From contig OY843751.1 of assembly GCA_963693055.1 (NCBI GenBank), positions 1,760,001 through 1,824,000 of the forward strand: DNA of 64,000 bases. The letters run 5' to 3'. This document shows, piece by piece, positions 1-10,103 of this stretch (position 1 is its first letter; each line of letters starts with the position of its first letter). This DNA comes from a bacterium. Lineage in GTDB: Bacteria; Zhuqueibacterota; Zhuqueibacteria; Residuimicrobiales; Krinioviventaceae. The notes beneath the pieces were generated by a model. The model was given only the letters and a program-made list of their open reading frames with translations, had not been told where the DNA came from and made no database searches. The translations under genes were made by a program, and so were the position numbers.

Positions 1-61
1 ATCACGTTCCATGCATATGGAAGAAATTGTTGAAAATTTAAAATCCATAGAGGAAATGTAA

Positions 62-1147
62 ATGCTGTATTATTTACTAACACCTTTACGCGATCAATTT
101 ATTGGCTTTAATCTGTTCCGGTATATTTCTTTCCGGGCCGCATTGAGTGTGTTTTTTGCGTTTTTAATAAGTGTGCTGTTGGGTCCTGTCATTATTCGTA
201 TGTTGAAAAAGCACCAGATTGGTGAAGAAATAAGAAATGACGGGCCGGAATCTCATTTAAGTAAGCGCGGTACTCCCAGTATGGGCGGTTTGATCATTAT
301 TATAAGTGTTTTGATACCCACATTGTTATTTGCCAAGTATATGGAAATGTATGTTTGGTTAATATTGCTGGTAACGCTGGTATTGACAGCTATTGGTTTT
401 ATGGACGATTATTTGAAAATTGTAAAAAAAGAACCCAAAGGTTTAATTGCCCGTAAGAAATTATTATTTCAGATATTGTTAGGCCTTGTTGTGGGTGTCC
501 TTTTATACTTTTTCCCTCCTGTTGAAAATGCAAGAGCGGTTTCAACGGTACCGTTTTTCAAAGATTATGAATTTAATTTTGGTATTTTCTATATACCCTT
601 TATTGCTTTTATTATCACCGCTACATCGAACAGTTCGAATCTTACTGACGGATTAGACGGATTGCTTGCAGGATTAAGTGCTGTGGCGGCTTTGGCTTTT
701 GGTGCCATTGCTTATGTTTCGGGCCGTGTGGATTTTACAGATTATCTAAATATTATCTATTTACCAGGTGCGGGAGAAATTGCTATTTTTTGTGCTGCTT
801 TGTTTGGCGCCTGTCTTGGATTTCTCTGGTACAATACGTATCCCGCACAGGTTTTTATGGGCGACACCGGCTCTTTGGCGCTAGGTGGTTCTATAGCTGC
901 CATTTCAATTCTGGTTAAAAAAGAATTTTGGTTGTTGTTCATCTGTGCCATTTTTGTTATAGAGAGTTTGTCTGTAATTATTCAGGTAGCATATTTTAAA
1001 AGAACAGGTAAACGAGTATTTAGAATGGCTCCCATTCACCATCACTTTGAATTGAAACCTCTGGCAGAACCCAAAGTTGTTGTACGGTTCTGGATTGTAG
1101 GAATTTTGCTGGCATTATTAACACTTGCAACTTTTAAGATAAGATAA
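62..1147 (+). CDS. mraY: phospho-N-acetylmuramoyl-pentapeptide transferase
   Basis: [29 protein letters not shown] and MAPIHHHFE motifs; multi-TM. Confidence 0.98.
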   Translation: MLYYLLTPLRDQFIGFNLFRYISFRAALSVFFAFLISVLLGPVIIRMLKKHQIGEEIRNDGPESHLSKRGTPSMGGLIIIISVLIPTLLFAKYMEMYVWLILLVTLVLTAIGFMDDYLKIVKKEPKGLIARKKLLFQILLGLVVGVLLYFFPPVENARAVSTVPFFKDYEFNFGIFYIPFIAFIITATSNSSNLTDGLDGLLAGLSAVAALAFGAIAYVSGRVDFTDYLNIIYLPGAGEIAIFCAALFGACLGFLWYNTYPAQVFMGDTGSLALGGSIAAISILVKKEFWLLFICAIFVIESLSVIIQVAYFKRTGKRVFRMAPIHHHFELKPLAEPKVVVRFWIVGILLALLTLATFKIR

Positions 1148-1152
1148 AAAGC

Positions 1153-2409
1153 ATGTTGGATTTGTTTAAAAAAATAGATTTTTCTAGAGTAGATTATATC
1201 CTGTTATCCAGTGTCATGTTTTTACTGGTATTGGGTGCGGCTATTGTTTTTTCTTCGAGCTCTTATCGTGCTGACCAGTTAACAGGTGACAGTGCTTATT
1301 ATTTTAAAAATCATATGATAAAAGTTATAATTGGCTTGATATTTTTAGCTGTTTTGATATTGGTGGATTACAGGGTATGGTTAAATATATCTCCAATATT
1401 GTATTTGGGAGCTATTGTATTGTTGGTCACTCTTTTTTTGCCATTGCCAATTGTGATCAGTAAAAATGAAGCTTCTCGTTGGTTGGGATTGGGACCATTT
1501 ACATTTCAACCTTCAGATTTTGCCAGATATGTTCTAGTGTTTCTGATGGCAAGGCTATTATTTGAGAATAAAGAATATCTTGAAACCTGGAAGGGATTTC
1601 TTGTACATATATTTGTTGCTGGTGTCATAATCGTATTGATTGCTGCTGAAAAAGATTTGGGTACAGCAATCATGGTCACTATTATTGTATTTAGTATGTT
1701 CTTTCTCGCTGAAGTGAAATTTATCTATATTTTGTCGTTGGGAATGACAGCAATTACAGCTGGTTTAGCGTACCTTGTGCGTAATCCTTATATGTTGAAA
1801 CGTGTTTATTCCTATATCGATGTATCTATCAATAATAATTTTAGCGATTACCAATTACAGCAGTCGATAAATGCTTTTCGTTTTGGAGGTATCTTTGGAC
1901 GTGGTATTGGTAACAGTATTCAAAAATACGAGTTTTTACCAGAAGCCCATAAAGATTTTATTTTTTCGGTAATTGGTGAAGAATTGGGTATGATTGGCGC
2001 AATAGCGGTTCTGGTTTTGTTTTTTGTTGTCATGTACCGTGGATTTCAGATCGCTAAAACAGCACCTGATGGTTATGGGAAATTGCTTGCTGGCGGTATT
2101 ACCATTTGTATTGGTTTGTATGCTTTTTTCAATGCTGCTGTAACTTTGGCAATTTTACCCACAACGGGTATTCCTATGCCGTTTATCAGTTATGGTGGAT
2201 CTGCAATGGTAACACACCTTGCAGCGGTTGGTGTGTTGATCAATATATCGTCACAGAGTCGGAAATCGTTTATGAATTATCCGAGTCGTTCAACATATCA
2301 AAGTCGTATCAATCGGTTGAATGTGAATGCTTCAAAAGCAACACCCAAGCCCAAGAAACGGAAAAAATATAAAAGACGTCCTGCACCACAGTACAAGGTT
2401 GGTTTGTAA
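1153..2409 (+). CDS. ftsW: SEDS peptidoglycan polymerase FtsW
   Basis: RWLGLGPFTFQPSDF, LPEAHKDFIF, GIPMPFISYGGS; dcw context. Confidence 0.95.
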   Translation: MLDLFKKIDFSRVDYILLSSVMFLLVLGAAIVFSSSSYRADQLTGDSAYYFKNHMIKVIIGLIFLAVLILVDYRVWLNISPILYLGAIVLLVTLFLPLPIVISKNEASRWLGLGPFTFQPSDFARYVLVFLMARLLFENKEYLETWKGFLVHIFVAGVIIVLIAAEKDLGTAIMVTIIVFSMFFLAEVKFIYILSLGMTAITAGLAYLVRNPYMLKRVYSYIDVSINNNFSDYQLQQSINAFRFGGIFGRGIGNSIQKYEFLPEAHKDFIFSVIGEELGMIGAIAVLVLFFVVMYRGFQIAKTAPDGYGKLLAGGITICIGLYAFFNAAVTLAILPTTGIPMPFISYGGSAMVTHLAAVGVLINISSQSRKSFMNYPSRSTYQSRINRLNVNASKATPKPKKRKKYKRRPAPQYKVGL

Positions 2410-3530
2410 TGAATGATGGCGCTTTTAAAAAAACTTATATTTTTGCCGGTGGTGGAACAGGTGGCCATTTGTATCCTGCTATTGCCATAGGGCAGCGGCT
2501 GTTGGAGTTGGAGCTGGAAGCGCAGATTCATTTTATTGGTACTGAAAAAGGTTTGGAAAACCGGGTAATACCTGAAATAGGCTATCCTTTGCATAAAATT
2601 GCGGTTCGTGGTTTTTCAAGAAAGAATCTCTTTTCAAATGTTGGCGTTATTTTCCGATTGATATACAGTTTATTTCAATGTGTAGAACTCTTGAAGAAAA
2701 TTAAACCCCTGGCAGTGATTGGTACCGGTGGTTACGTAAGCGGCCCTATGTTATTTATAGCTAATTTAATGGGATACCCAACACTTATACAGGAACAGAA
2801 CAGTTACCCAGGTGTAACGACCCGTTTATTGGCTAAAAAAGTTGATCAAGTGCACCTGAGTTTTAAAGAATCTTTTAAATATTTTAAAAGTCAAAAGAAT
2901 TTGCATTTGACCGGAAACCCTGTCAGAAAATTTGATATGAATATTGGCACTGAAAAGGCCAGAACTTTTTTTAACCTGGATCCTGATAAGGTAACCGTGT
3001 TGATCTTTGGTGGTAGTCAGGGTGCTTTGGCAATCAATAAAGCATTTGCAAATTCAATTAGTCGGGTGTTGGCTGAAACCGATGCTCAGTTTATTTGGCT
3101 CAGCGGTAAATATAGCTATGAAATGGCTAAAAAAAGTTCAGCGGGACATGAACCCCGAATTTACGTGACGGATTATCTGGATAATATGAGTATGGCTTAT
3201 AATGCATCTGATCTTGCTGCCAGCCGTGCAGGAGCTATTGCATTATCTGAATTGGCGATATGTGGTTTACCATCGGTTTTAATTCCATATCCATTTGCGG
3301 CAGCTGACCATCAATCGTTTAACGCAAAAACATTTGAAAATGCCGGTGCTGCTCTGATATTAACAGAAAATGAAATTGCCAATAATTCTGAATTATTTAC
3401 AGACACAATTATTGATTTTGTTAACAATAAAGAAAAACGTATGAAAATGAGCCGGGCGGCAAAAAAGATGTCTTTTCCTAATTCGGTAGATAAACTGGCA
3501 GAGTCAATTACGTTAATTAGTAAAAAATGA
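2409..3530 (+). CDS. murG: undecaprenyldiphospho-muramoylpentapeptide GlcNAc transferase
   Basis: GGGTGGHLYP, GGYVSGP, EQNSYPG, GGSQGA motifs. Confidence 0.97.
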   Translation: MNDGAFKKTYIFAGGGTGGHLYPAIAIGQRLLELELEAQIHFIGTEKGLENRVIPEIGYPLHKIAVRGFSRKNLFSNVGVIFRLIYSLFQCVELLKKIKPLAVIGTGGYVSGPMLFIANLMGYPTLIQEQNSYPGVTTRLLAKKVDQVHLSFKESFKYFKSQKNLHLTGNPVRKFDMNIGTEKARTFFNLDPDKVTVLIFGGSQGALAINKAFANSISRVLAETDAQFIWLSGKYSYEMAKKSSAGHEPRIYVTDYLDNMSMAYNASDLAASRAGAIALSELAICGLPSVLIPYPFAAADHQSFNAKTFENAGAALILTENEIANNSELFTDTIIDFVNNKEKRMKMSRAAKKMSFPNSVDKLAESITLISKK

Positions 3531-3543
3531 AGCAGGTGTAGTT

Positions 3544-4266
3544 ATGGATTTTATGTTTCTCGGTAAAAAAGTATTGTTTTTCAGCCTGGCCCTGCTAACC
3601 GGTTTGTTTATTACACAGGCCATTATAGAAGCACATTCACCAGAACCCGAAAGTTTTGATGATGTTGTATTAATTGAAAATAATATGGAAACAGTGGAGG
3701 ATAAAGAATCCGTTAATACCTTGATCAGGTCAAGTATTCAGGAATGGGTGGGTGAAACAGAAGATAATATGGTATCCATAAATTCCCCCATAATATCAAC
3801 TGTTCTTGAATCCAGAAATGAAAAAGGGACTCCTTTTGCCTATGTATCTGCAAACAGAATTTTTATTGTAGACCACAAAGGTAAATTGCTGGCCCCGGCT
3901 GACTCGCTTGGATTTCATGATTTACCCATTATTTCAGGTGATTCGCTAAAAATTTATTCGTCAACTTTTCGACTAGCCGGTGACGGTGTTAGTGATGCGT
4001 TAAATCTGATCAAAAATGCACAAAAACAAGGTACTATTGTATACAGTAATCTTTCGGAAATCAACATTCAACCAAAATTGGGATTGGTTGTTTATAGTAA
4101 TATTTCCAAGGGATTGCCATTAATTGTAGGAAGTGGAAGCATAGAAAAAAAGATTCGGAACTTGAGAACATTTATCCAGGAATTTGGAGATTCAAAGTTA
4201 CTGACCCAAACCCGTTATCTGGATTTACGTCTGGATGGACAAATTATTCTTAAAAAACGGGTGTAA
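3544..4266 (+). CDS. ftsQ: cell division protein FtsQ/DivIB-like (divergent)
   Basis: single N-terminal TM, P-x-A...VD-x-x-G...DLPIISG and C-terminal YLDLR; directly upstream of ftsA. Confidence 0.75.
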   Translation: MDFMFLGKKVLFFSLALLTGLFITQAIIEAHSPEPESFDDVVLIENNMETVEDKESVNTLIRSSIQEWVGETEDNMVSINSPIISTVLESRNEKGTPFAYVSANRIFIVDHKGKLLAPADSLGFHDLPIISGDSLKIYSSTFRLAGDGVSDALNLIKNAQKQGTIVYSNLSEINIQPKLGLVVYSNISKGLPLIVGSGSIEKKIRNLRTFIQEFGDSKLLTQTRYLDLRLDGQIILKKRV

Positions 4267-4303
4267 AAAATCTATGTCAAGAACAACGTAGTGGGGTAAC
4301 ATT

Positions 4304-5548
4304 ATGGAAGCTATGGATATAATTACCGGTCTTGATATCGGTACAACAAAAATTGGTTGTTTTATAGCAGAAATCGGGCCAACCGGTCGATTGAAAATCA
4401 TCGGTGTGAGCACTGTACCTTCTGATGGTTTGCGATATGGAGTAGTAGTGGATATTGATAAAACCGTCGTGTCAATCCGTAATGCCATTAAAAAAGCTGA
4501 AGAAATGGCAGGAATTGAGGTAGATCTGGTTTTTGCGGGTATTGCGGGAGATCATATTCGCAGTATTAATGGAAGAGGTGTAGTTGCAATATCCGGAGAA
4601 AATGGAGAAGTATCATCAGATGATGTTCGCCGGGTAATAGATGCTGCAAAAGCAGTTGCGCTGCCTATAGACAGAGAGATAATTCATATTTTACCGCAGG
4701 AATTTATCGTTGACGATCAGCGTGGAATTCGTGACCCGGTCGGTATGAAAGGTGTTCGTCTTGAAGCCGAAGTTCACATTGTTACCGGTGCAATTGCATC
4801 GGCGCAGAACATTCATCGCTGTATTGAGCGTGCGGGTTATGGCGTTGCAGATCTTGTATTGGAACCGTTAGCTTCAAGTTTTTCTGTCTTGACCGATGAT
4901 GAGAAAGAGTTGGGTGTAATTCTTATTGATATTGGTGGCGGAACAAGTGATATAGCCATGTTTTATGAGGGTTGTATTCGTCATACCTCTGTTGTGGCTT
5001 TGGGCGGCAGGAATGTAACCAATGATCTTGCAATTGTGTTAAGAACACCACTAGACGCGGCAGAAAAATTAAAGATAAATCACAGCAGTGTACTTCACGA
5101 AGAAGATGATAAAGATAAAATTGTTGAAGTTGCAGGTGTAAACAATAGAGCACCTCGCAAGATTTCTAAAGGACTGTTGGTTGACATTGTTCAACCTCGT
5201 CTGGTAGAGATATTGACACTGTGTTATGAAGAAGTACGCAAATCAGATTATATTAATTTAATGACTACAGGACTGGTACTTACTGGTGGTGGTTCGATGA
5301 TACCAGGAACAGTAGAGCTTGCAGAAGATATTTTTAATATGCCTGTAAAAATTGGCATTCCACAGGGTTTCTCTGGTCTTGTAGAAGAGGCCCAGAATCC
5401 CAAATTTGCAACAGGTGTAGGACTGGTTCAATATGGTTATTTGCACCATGGAGAAATATTTGAAGCATTGGAAGGTGAAGAAGGAATTTTTGATTCGATC
5501 AAAAAACGTTTTCGCCGTTGGTTTGGTAGCGTAACCACTATGTATTAA
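4304..5548 (+). CDS. ftsA: cell division protein FtsA
   Basis: GLDIGTTK, DIGGGTSD, LTGGGS; C-terminal amphipathic helix (FDSIKKRFRRWF). Confidence 0.98.
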   Translation: MEAMDIITGLDIGTTKIGCFIAEIGPTGRLKIIGVSTVPSDGLRYGVVVDIDKTVVSIRNAIKKAEEMAGIEVDLVFAGIAGDHIRSINGRGVVAISGENGEVSSDDVRRVIDAAKAVALPIDREIIHILPQEFIVDDQRGIRDPVGMKGVRLEAEVHIVTGAIASAQNIHRCIERAGYGVADLVLEPLASSFSVLTDDEKELGVILIDIGGGTSDIAMFYEGCIRHTSVVALGGRNVTNDLAIVLRTPLDAAEKLKINHSSVLHEEDDKDKIVEVAGVNNRAPRKISKGLLVDIVQPRLVEILTLCYEEVRKSDYINLMTTGLVLTGGGSMIPGTVELAEDIFNMPVKIGIPQGFSGLVEEAQNPKFATGVGLVQYGYLHHGEIFEALEGEEGIFDSIKKRFRRWFGSVTTMY

Positions 5549-5562
5549 AATTGAGGTTTATT

Positions 5563-5769
5563 ATGAATTTTACCGAATTTGAATCTTTTGAAAATGTAAC
5601 AATTCCTATGAGCTTGATTGAAGATACGCTCGAATTGCTATTGAATCCTAAACGCATCATTTCGGATTCAAATGAAATTGTTTTGGATTGGAATAAACGG
5701 ACCGAGGTTTATAACCGTTTATTTGATGTGATGAAAAAGTGCAGCAGTACAGAACTTTTGAATAGTTAA
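5563..5769 (+). CDS. hypothetical small protein (68 aa) between ftsA and ftsZ
   Basis: GAGG SD at 5553-5556, ATG at 5563 (track uses TTG 5551); fills the ftsA-ftsZ gap on the same strand. Confidence 0.6.
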   Translation: MNFTEFESFENVTIPMSLIEDTLELLLNPKRIISDSNEIVLDWNKRTEVYNRLFDVMKKCSSTELLNS

Positions 5770-5853
5770 TTAATACCCTAATGATTGAAATTTTCGGTTT
5801 AGGCTGGTGTTGGGTCCAGCCATGTCCGTATAATTAAATAAAAGGAGTGGGCT

Positions 5854-7245
5854 ATGAGTAATATGACATTTGATTTTGATGATAGCCGCCAGAATGGCGC
5901 TATACTTAAAGTTGTTGGTGTTGGTGGTGCCGGAGGTAACGCAATTAACCGTATGATTGCCGAAGGTCTTGCAGGTGTAGAGTTTATTGGTATTAATACT
6001 GATGAACAGGCACTGAACCTTTGTAAAGCACCTGGTAAAGTATATGTTGGTACCAAATCTACACAAGGATTGGGTGCCGGCGCTGATCCGGAAAAAGGTA
6101 AACGCGCGGTAGAAGAAGACCGTAATGCCGTATATGATTATCTTTCTGATGCAGATATGGTATTCATTGCTGCAGGAATGGGTGGTGGTACCGGAACAGG
6201 AGCCTCGCCTATTGTTGCAGAAATTGCCAAAGATATTGGTGCTTTAACCGTAGGTATTGTTACAACTCCATTTATTTTTGAAGGCCCAAAACGCATCCAA
6301 CGAGCAGAAGAAGGAATAAATGAACTTAAAGAACGTGTAGACACCTTGATTGTTATTCCAAATCAGCGCTTGCTTACTATAGTTCCTAAAAATACACCAC
6401 TAGATGCTGGTTTTAGATATGCTGATGAGATCCTGTTTAATGCAACAAAAGGTATTTCTGATTTGATCACAATACCCGGTTTGATTAACCTTGACTTTGC
6501 CGATGTTCGCACAATCATGAGTGAAATGGGAGACGCTCTGATGGGTTGCGGTCAGGCTTCCGGAGAAGACCGTGCAAAAATTGCTGCACAACAGGCAATT
6601 AATAGTCCATTGTTGGAAGATGTTAGCATTTCAGGTGCATTGGGAGTACTTGTAAATATTACCGGTGGTTCAGAAATGAGTTTGCATGAAGTAAATGAAG
6701 CTGCCAGTATTATATCGGAAGAAGCAGGACCAAAAGCGAATGTTATTTTTGGTTCAGTTATTGATAATACTTTGGACGAAGAGATTCGCATCACTGTAAT
6801 TGCAACCGGATTAGCATCGCAACGTGGGAAAAAACGTTTTGGTATGTATGGTCAATTAAACCGCCCAAAATATGAAACACATAGCCCCTCAGGCTCAGAA
6901 AATATTGATCCTCGTGAGATTCCGGCATATGATAGAATTGAAAAAATAAATGAAAAAATGAACCAGAGTGCTAATATAGATATGCAATCTGTGAATCAGG
7001 CTAAAAAAATGAATCAACCTCGATATGAAGAGCCTAAACCAGAACCAACACCAAAACCCGAATCCCGTTTTGAGCACGTAGATCATACCAGTAATATGAA
7101 TCATGATAATGGTTCAAATGGGTACGGAAGTTCTTCAAACGGTTCTAATGGATATGACAAGCCTGCGAATGGATATACTAATGATGATTATCAAATCCCG
7201 GCATATAAACGTAAAAAATGGAATATGTTTGGTGATTTGGATTAA
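5854..7245 (+). CDS. ftsZ: cell division protein FtsZ
   Basis: [18 protein letters not shown] tubulin signature, NLDFADV; AAGGAG SD. Confidence 0.99.
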   Translation: MSNMTFDFDDSRQNGAILKVVGVGGAGGNAINRMIAEGLAGVEFIGINTDEQALNLCKAPGKVYVGTKSTQGLGAGADPEKGKRAVEEDRNAVYDYLSDADMVFIAAGMGGGTGTGASPIVAEIAKDIGALTVGIVTTPFIFEGPKRIQRAEEGINELKERVDTLIVIPNQRLLTIVPKNTPLDAGFRYADEILFNATKGISDLITIPGLINLDFADVRTIMSEMGDALMGCGQASGEDRAKIAAQQAINSPLLEDVSISGALGVLVNITGGSEMSLHEVNEAASIISEEAGPKANVIFGSVIDNTLDEEIRITVIATGLASQRGKKRFGMYGQLNRPKYETHSPSGSENIDPREIPAYDRIEKINEKMNQSANIDMQSVNQAKKMNQPRYEEPKPEPTPKPESRFEHVDHTSNMNHDNGSNGYGSSSNGSNGYDKPANGYTNDDYQIPAYKRKKWNMFGDLD

Positions 7246-7329
7246 GTTGAAAACCCCACTCCCATGGCGCTCGACATCCCAACTCGTACAATTGGTTTAA
7301 CCAATTGTTGAGCGAGCTGCCTATAAAAC

Positions 7330-7363
7330 AAAAAAAGGCCCCAAATTACGGGGCCTTTTTTTT
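7330..7363 (+). terminator. intrinsic terminator after ftsZ (probably bidirectional)
   Basis: A7-GGCCCC-aaattac-GGGGCC-T8. Confidence 0.85.
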
Positions 7364-7377
7364 ATTCACTAGAAATG

Positions 7378-7404
7378 AAAAAAGCTTCTGTAAACAGAAG
7401 CTTT
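7378..7404 (-). terminator. intrinsic terminator after rpmB
   Basis: AAAGCTTCTGT-aa-ACAGAAGCTTT inverted repeat with T-run on minus strand. Confidence 0.65.
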
Positions 7405-7430
7405 ATAAATAAATAGAAGAAATTTTGGAA

Positions 7431-7622
7431 TTACAGGGCCTTTTCAACCTTACCAGAACGAAGGCAACGTGTGCAGACATATGCATTTTTAACCGAACCT
7501 TCATGGCGAATTCTCAATTTCTTGAGATTTGGCATCCAACGACGTTTCGATAGATTGTGTGCGTGACTAACATTGTTACCTACTAATGGCCCTTTTCCAC
7601 ATATGCTACATTTCTTTGCCAT
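7431..7622 (-). CDS. rpmB: 50S ribosomal protein L28 (Zn-ribbon form)
   Basis: CSICGK...GNNVSHA...RRWMPNL...CTRC. Confidence 0.97.
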   Translation of the reverse strand: MAKKCSICGKGPLVGNNVSHAHNLSKRRWMPNLKKLRIRHEGSVKNAYVCTRCLRSGKVEKAL

Positions 7623-7673
7623 TTTTAACTCCTGTATGGAAATTTATTCTATATTTCAACAATAAAGCTTATC

Positions 7674-7702
7674 AATATATACAATTTAACCTTTAAAATC
7701 AA
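7674..7702 (-). promoter_or_regulatory. sigma70-type promoter for rpmB
   Basis: TTGATT-N17-TATATT on minus strand. Confidence 0.6.
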
Positions 7703-7826
7703 GTTTAAAATTAAAAATTATAGATATTTGTGCTTTTTCTGTAATTTTTTTGTAATAAAAATCCAATATTGTATTTAAATATTAAATACATTACATTCTT
7801 TATTATAATATTTTGAGGCCTGTGGT

Positions 7827-9002
7827 ATGCGTTACATAATAACAATCTTAATCGTGATGGTTTTATTTGCAATATCATATTCAGATACAAACCCACTTTA
7901 TGTAAAAGCAAACAAAAGTGATTTTGACCAAAATCCTGCTTTGCTTGAACGTATTATAGATTCACCTCATGGATATTTTAGATTTATTAATATAGAATTT
8001 AGTCAATATATTTGCGAGCATTTTAAAGATATCGTTGAACAGGCCCCATCTTTAAATCTGCATGGTGATGCGCATCTTGAACAATATGCTGTAACTGATC
8101 TGGGTAGAGGTTTGACAGACTTTGATGATTCTTCTACCGGCCCCGGAATAATTGATTTAATGCGTTTTATAGTTTCTCTCCGCTTAACCTGTTTTCAGCT
8201 TGGGTGGGAGGAAAGGACTGAAGAGTTGGTTGACGAGTTTATTTTAGGTTATATTAATTCGCTTGATAAGCCTGAATTGGTTCCACAGGAACCGGATATA
8301 GCCAAACACATCAGAACAGAATTCAAACACGACAGAGATGCGTATTTTGATTGGATTGATTCAATAATGCTCCCCATGCCACAGACAGAAAAAGACTCTA
8401 TAATTGTTGCTATGGGCTTTTATGTTGAAACATCATTGATGGATAATCCTGATTTGAACAGAGATTTTTATGATGTTATCGATATGGGTTATCTCAAAAT
8501 GGGAATTGGAAGTGCTCTTGATTTAAAATATGTTGTTCGTGTTAATGGCAGTACAGATGAACCTGATGATGATATTGTGCTCGAAATAAAACAGGTCAGG
8601 GATCTTACCGGAATAGATTGTATTCAAACCGGGCAAAAACAGGATCCTTTCAGAATCCTTGTTGGGCAGTCTCGCATAGCATATGAGCCTTTTCATCATT
8701 TGGGTTATTTTCGTTTCAGGAATATGAATTTCTGGGTACATTCATGGGTAGACAATTATAAAGAATTATCAATAGATAAAAGCTATACATATCCTTCAGA
8801 GTTAAAGCAGGTTATTTATGATGTAGGTGTTCAATTAGGTAAAGGTCATGTTAAGCATATAGCAGCCCCTTTTGATCTGCATGTTAGACTTGAACAGATT
8901 AATCTGGTAGCAAAAAACAAAGAGAGAATTCTACGCGAAAGTAAAATTCTCTCTCAAAATGTGATAGACGCCTGGAGATTATTTAAAAGATCTATAGAGT
9001 GA
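7827..9002 (+). CDS. DUF2252-family kinase-like protein with signal peptide
   Basis: HGDAHLEQY, TDFDDS, GIGS, LEIKQ motifs; hydrophobic N-terminus MRYIITILIVMVLFAISYS. Confidence 0.7.
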   Translation: MRYIITILIVMVLFAISYSDTNPLYVKANKSDFDQNPALLERIIDSPHGYFRFINIEFSQYICEHFKDIVEQAPSLNLHGDAHLEQYAVTDLGRGLTDFDDSSTGPGIIDLMRFIVSLRLTCFQLGWEERTEELVDEFILGYINSLDKPELVPQEPDIAKHIRTEFKHDRDAYFDWIDSIMLPMPQTEKDSIIVAMGFYVETSLMDNPDLNRDFYDVIDMGYLKMGIGSALDLKYVVRVNGSTDEPDDDIVLEIKQVRDLTGIDCIQTGQKQDPFRILVGQSRIAYEPFHHLGYFRFRNMNFWVHSWVDNYKELSIDKSYTYPSELKQVIYDVGVQLGKGHVKHIAAPFDLHVRLEQINLVAKNKERILRESKILSQNVIDAWRLFKRSIE

Positions 9003-10077
9003 AATTTACTCCTCGTTTTTCTGCAATTTCACCCAGTGTTTTAAATACCGTATCTTGAATGGGTATACCTTTACTCATATATTCATCGTGCTTGTTATAT
9101 TCTTTTTCACCATGAATATAAATATGGGGTTCATCTTTTGCTTTAGCCGAGTTGGTTATTCTTTCAACCAGATCATCCATATTCGTTGTAAATGTATCAA
9201 AGTCAACAAAACAGTTAACATCAATTGCCCAAAAAAAGTGACTAACATTTGCCGGAGCGGGTTTGCCGTCTTTGGGTTTGTTGACCAGGTTTGCATACGC
9301 TCCACCCGAAAGCACACCACTAAGCACGTCAACCAAGACTGCCATTCCATATCCTTTATAGCCGCTGTATAGTTCACCAGCACCTCCCAGTGGTAGGATC
9401 CCACCTCCTAATCTTTGCAATACATTGTTTAAAACTGTTCCGGGATCAGTCATAACCAATCCTTCGGTATCAACTGCCCAACCTTCAGGCATTTGCTTGT
9501 GTTCGCGATTATAGACTTCCAGCTTTCCCCTGGGAACAACAGATGTTGCCATATCCAGAACAAAGGGGCGCTTTTTCTTAGTAGGTACAGCAAAACTGAT
9601 TGGATTGGTACCAATTACCATCTCTTTTCCAAAAGTAGGTACTACCAGAGGTGCAGAGTTGGTCATTGAAATACCAATCATATTTTCTTTGAGAATCATC
9701 ATGCTGTAATAGCCGGCTATACCGTAATGGTTCGAGTTTTTTACAGTAACCATGCCAATGCATGATGTTTTGGCTTTTTGAATAGCAAGTTTTGTTGCAA
9801 AATAGCCATTGAGTTGCCCTAATCCCGCATTGCCTTCAATTGCAGCTGTTACGGGATTTTCTTTGATTATTTCAGGCTTTGCTTGTGGAAAAATGGTACC
9901 ATTTTCCATTCCGTCAACATATCGTTTCAACCTGGCGACACCGTGTGAAGGTATGCCACGAAGATCTGACATGACCAGAATATCAGCACAAACCCCCGCG
10001 TCCTGACTTGACAGATTAAATGTTGAAAAGATATTTTGAGTAAATTCTTTTAGATCTTCAAATTTAACCGTCGGCAT
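8992..10077 (-). CDS. Ldh_2 family oxidoreductase (malate/L-lactate/sulfolactate dehydrogenase-like)
   Basis: DLRGIPSHG, NSNHYG, GTNPI, DMATS, YKGYG motifs; GAGGTG SD favours ATG 10077 over GTG 10080. Confidence 0.9.
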   Translation of the reverse strand: MPTVKFEDLKEFTQNIFSTFNLSSQDAGVCADILVMSDLRGIPSHGVARLKRYVDGMENGTIFPQAKPEIIKENPVTAAIEGNAGLGQLNGYFATKLAIQKAKTSCIGMVTVKNSNHYGIAGYYSMMILKENMIGISMTNSAPLVVPTFGKEMVIGTNPISFAVPTKKKRPFVLDMATSVVPRGKLEVYNREHKQMPEGWAVDTEGLVMTDPGTVLNNVLQRLGGGILPLGGAGELYSGYKGYGMAVLVDVLSGVLSGGAYANLVNKPKDGKPAPANVSHFFWAIDVNCFVDFDTFTTNMDDLVERITNSAKAKDEPHIYIHGEKEYNKHDEYMSKGIPIQDTVFKTLGEIAEKRGVNFTL

Positions 10078-10103
10078 CACTACACCTCATATGTTTGATG
10101 AAT

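Noticed and set aside
7103-7300. 65-aa ORF overlapping the ftsZ 3' end
   Set aside because: Alternative frame of a low-complexity FtsZ tail with no SD.
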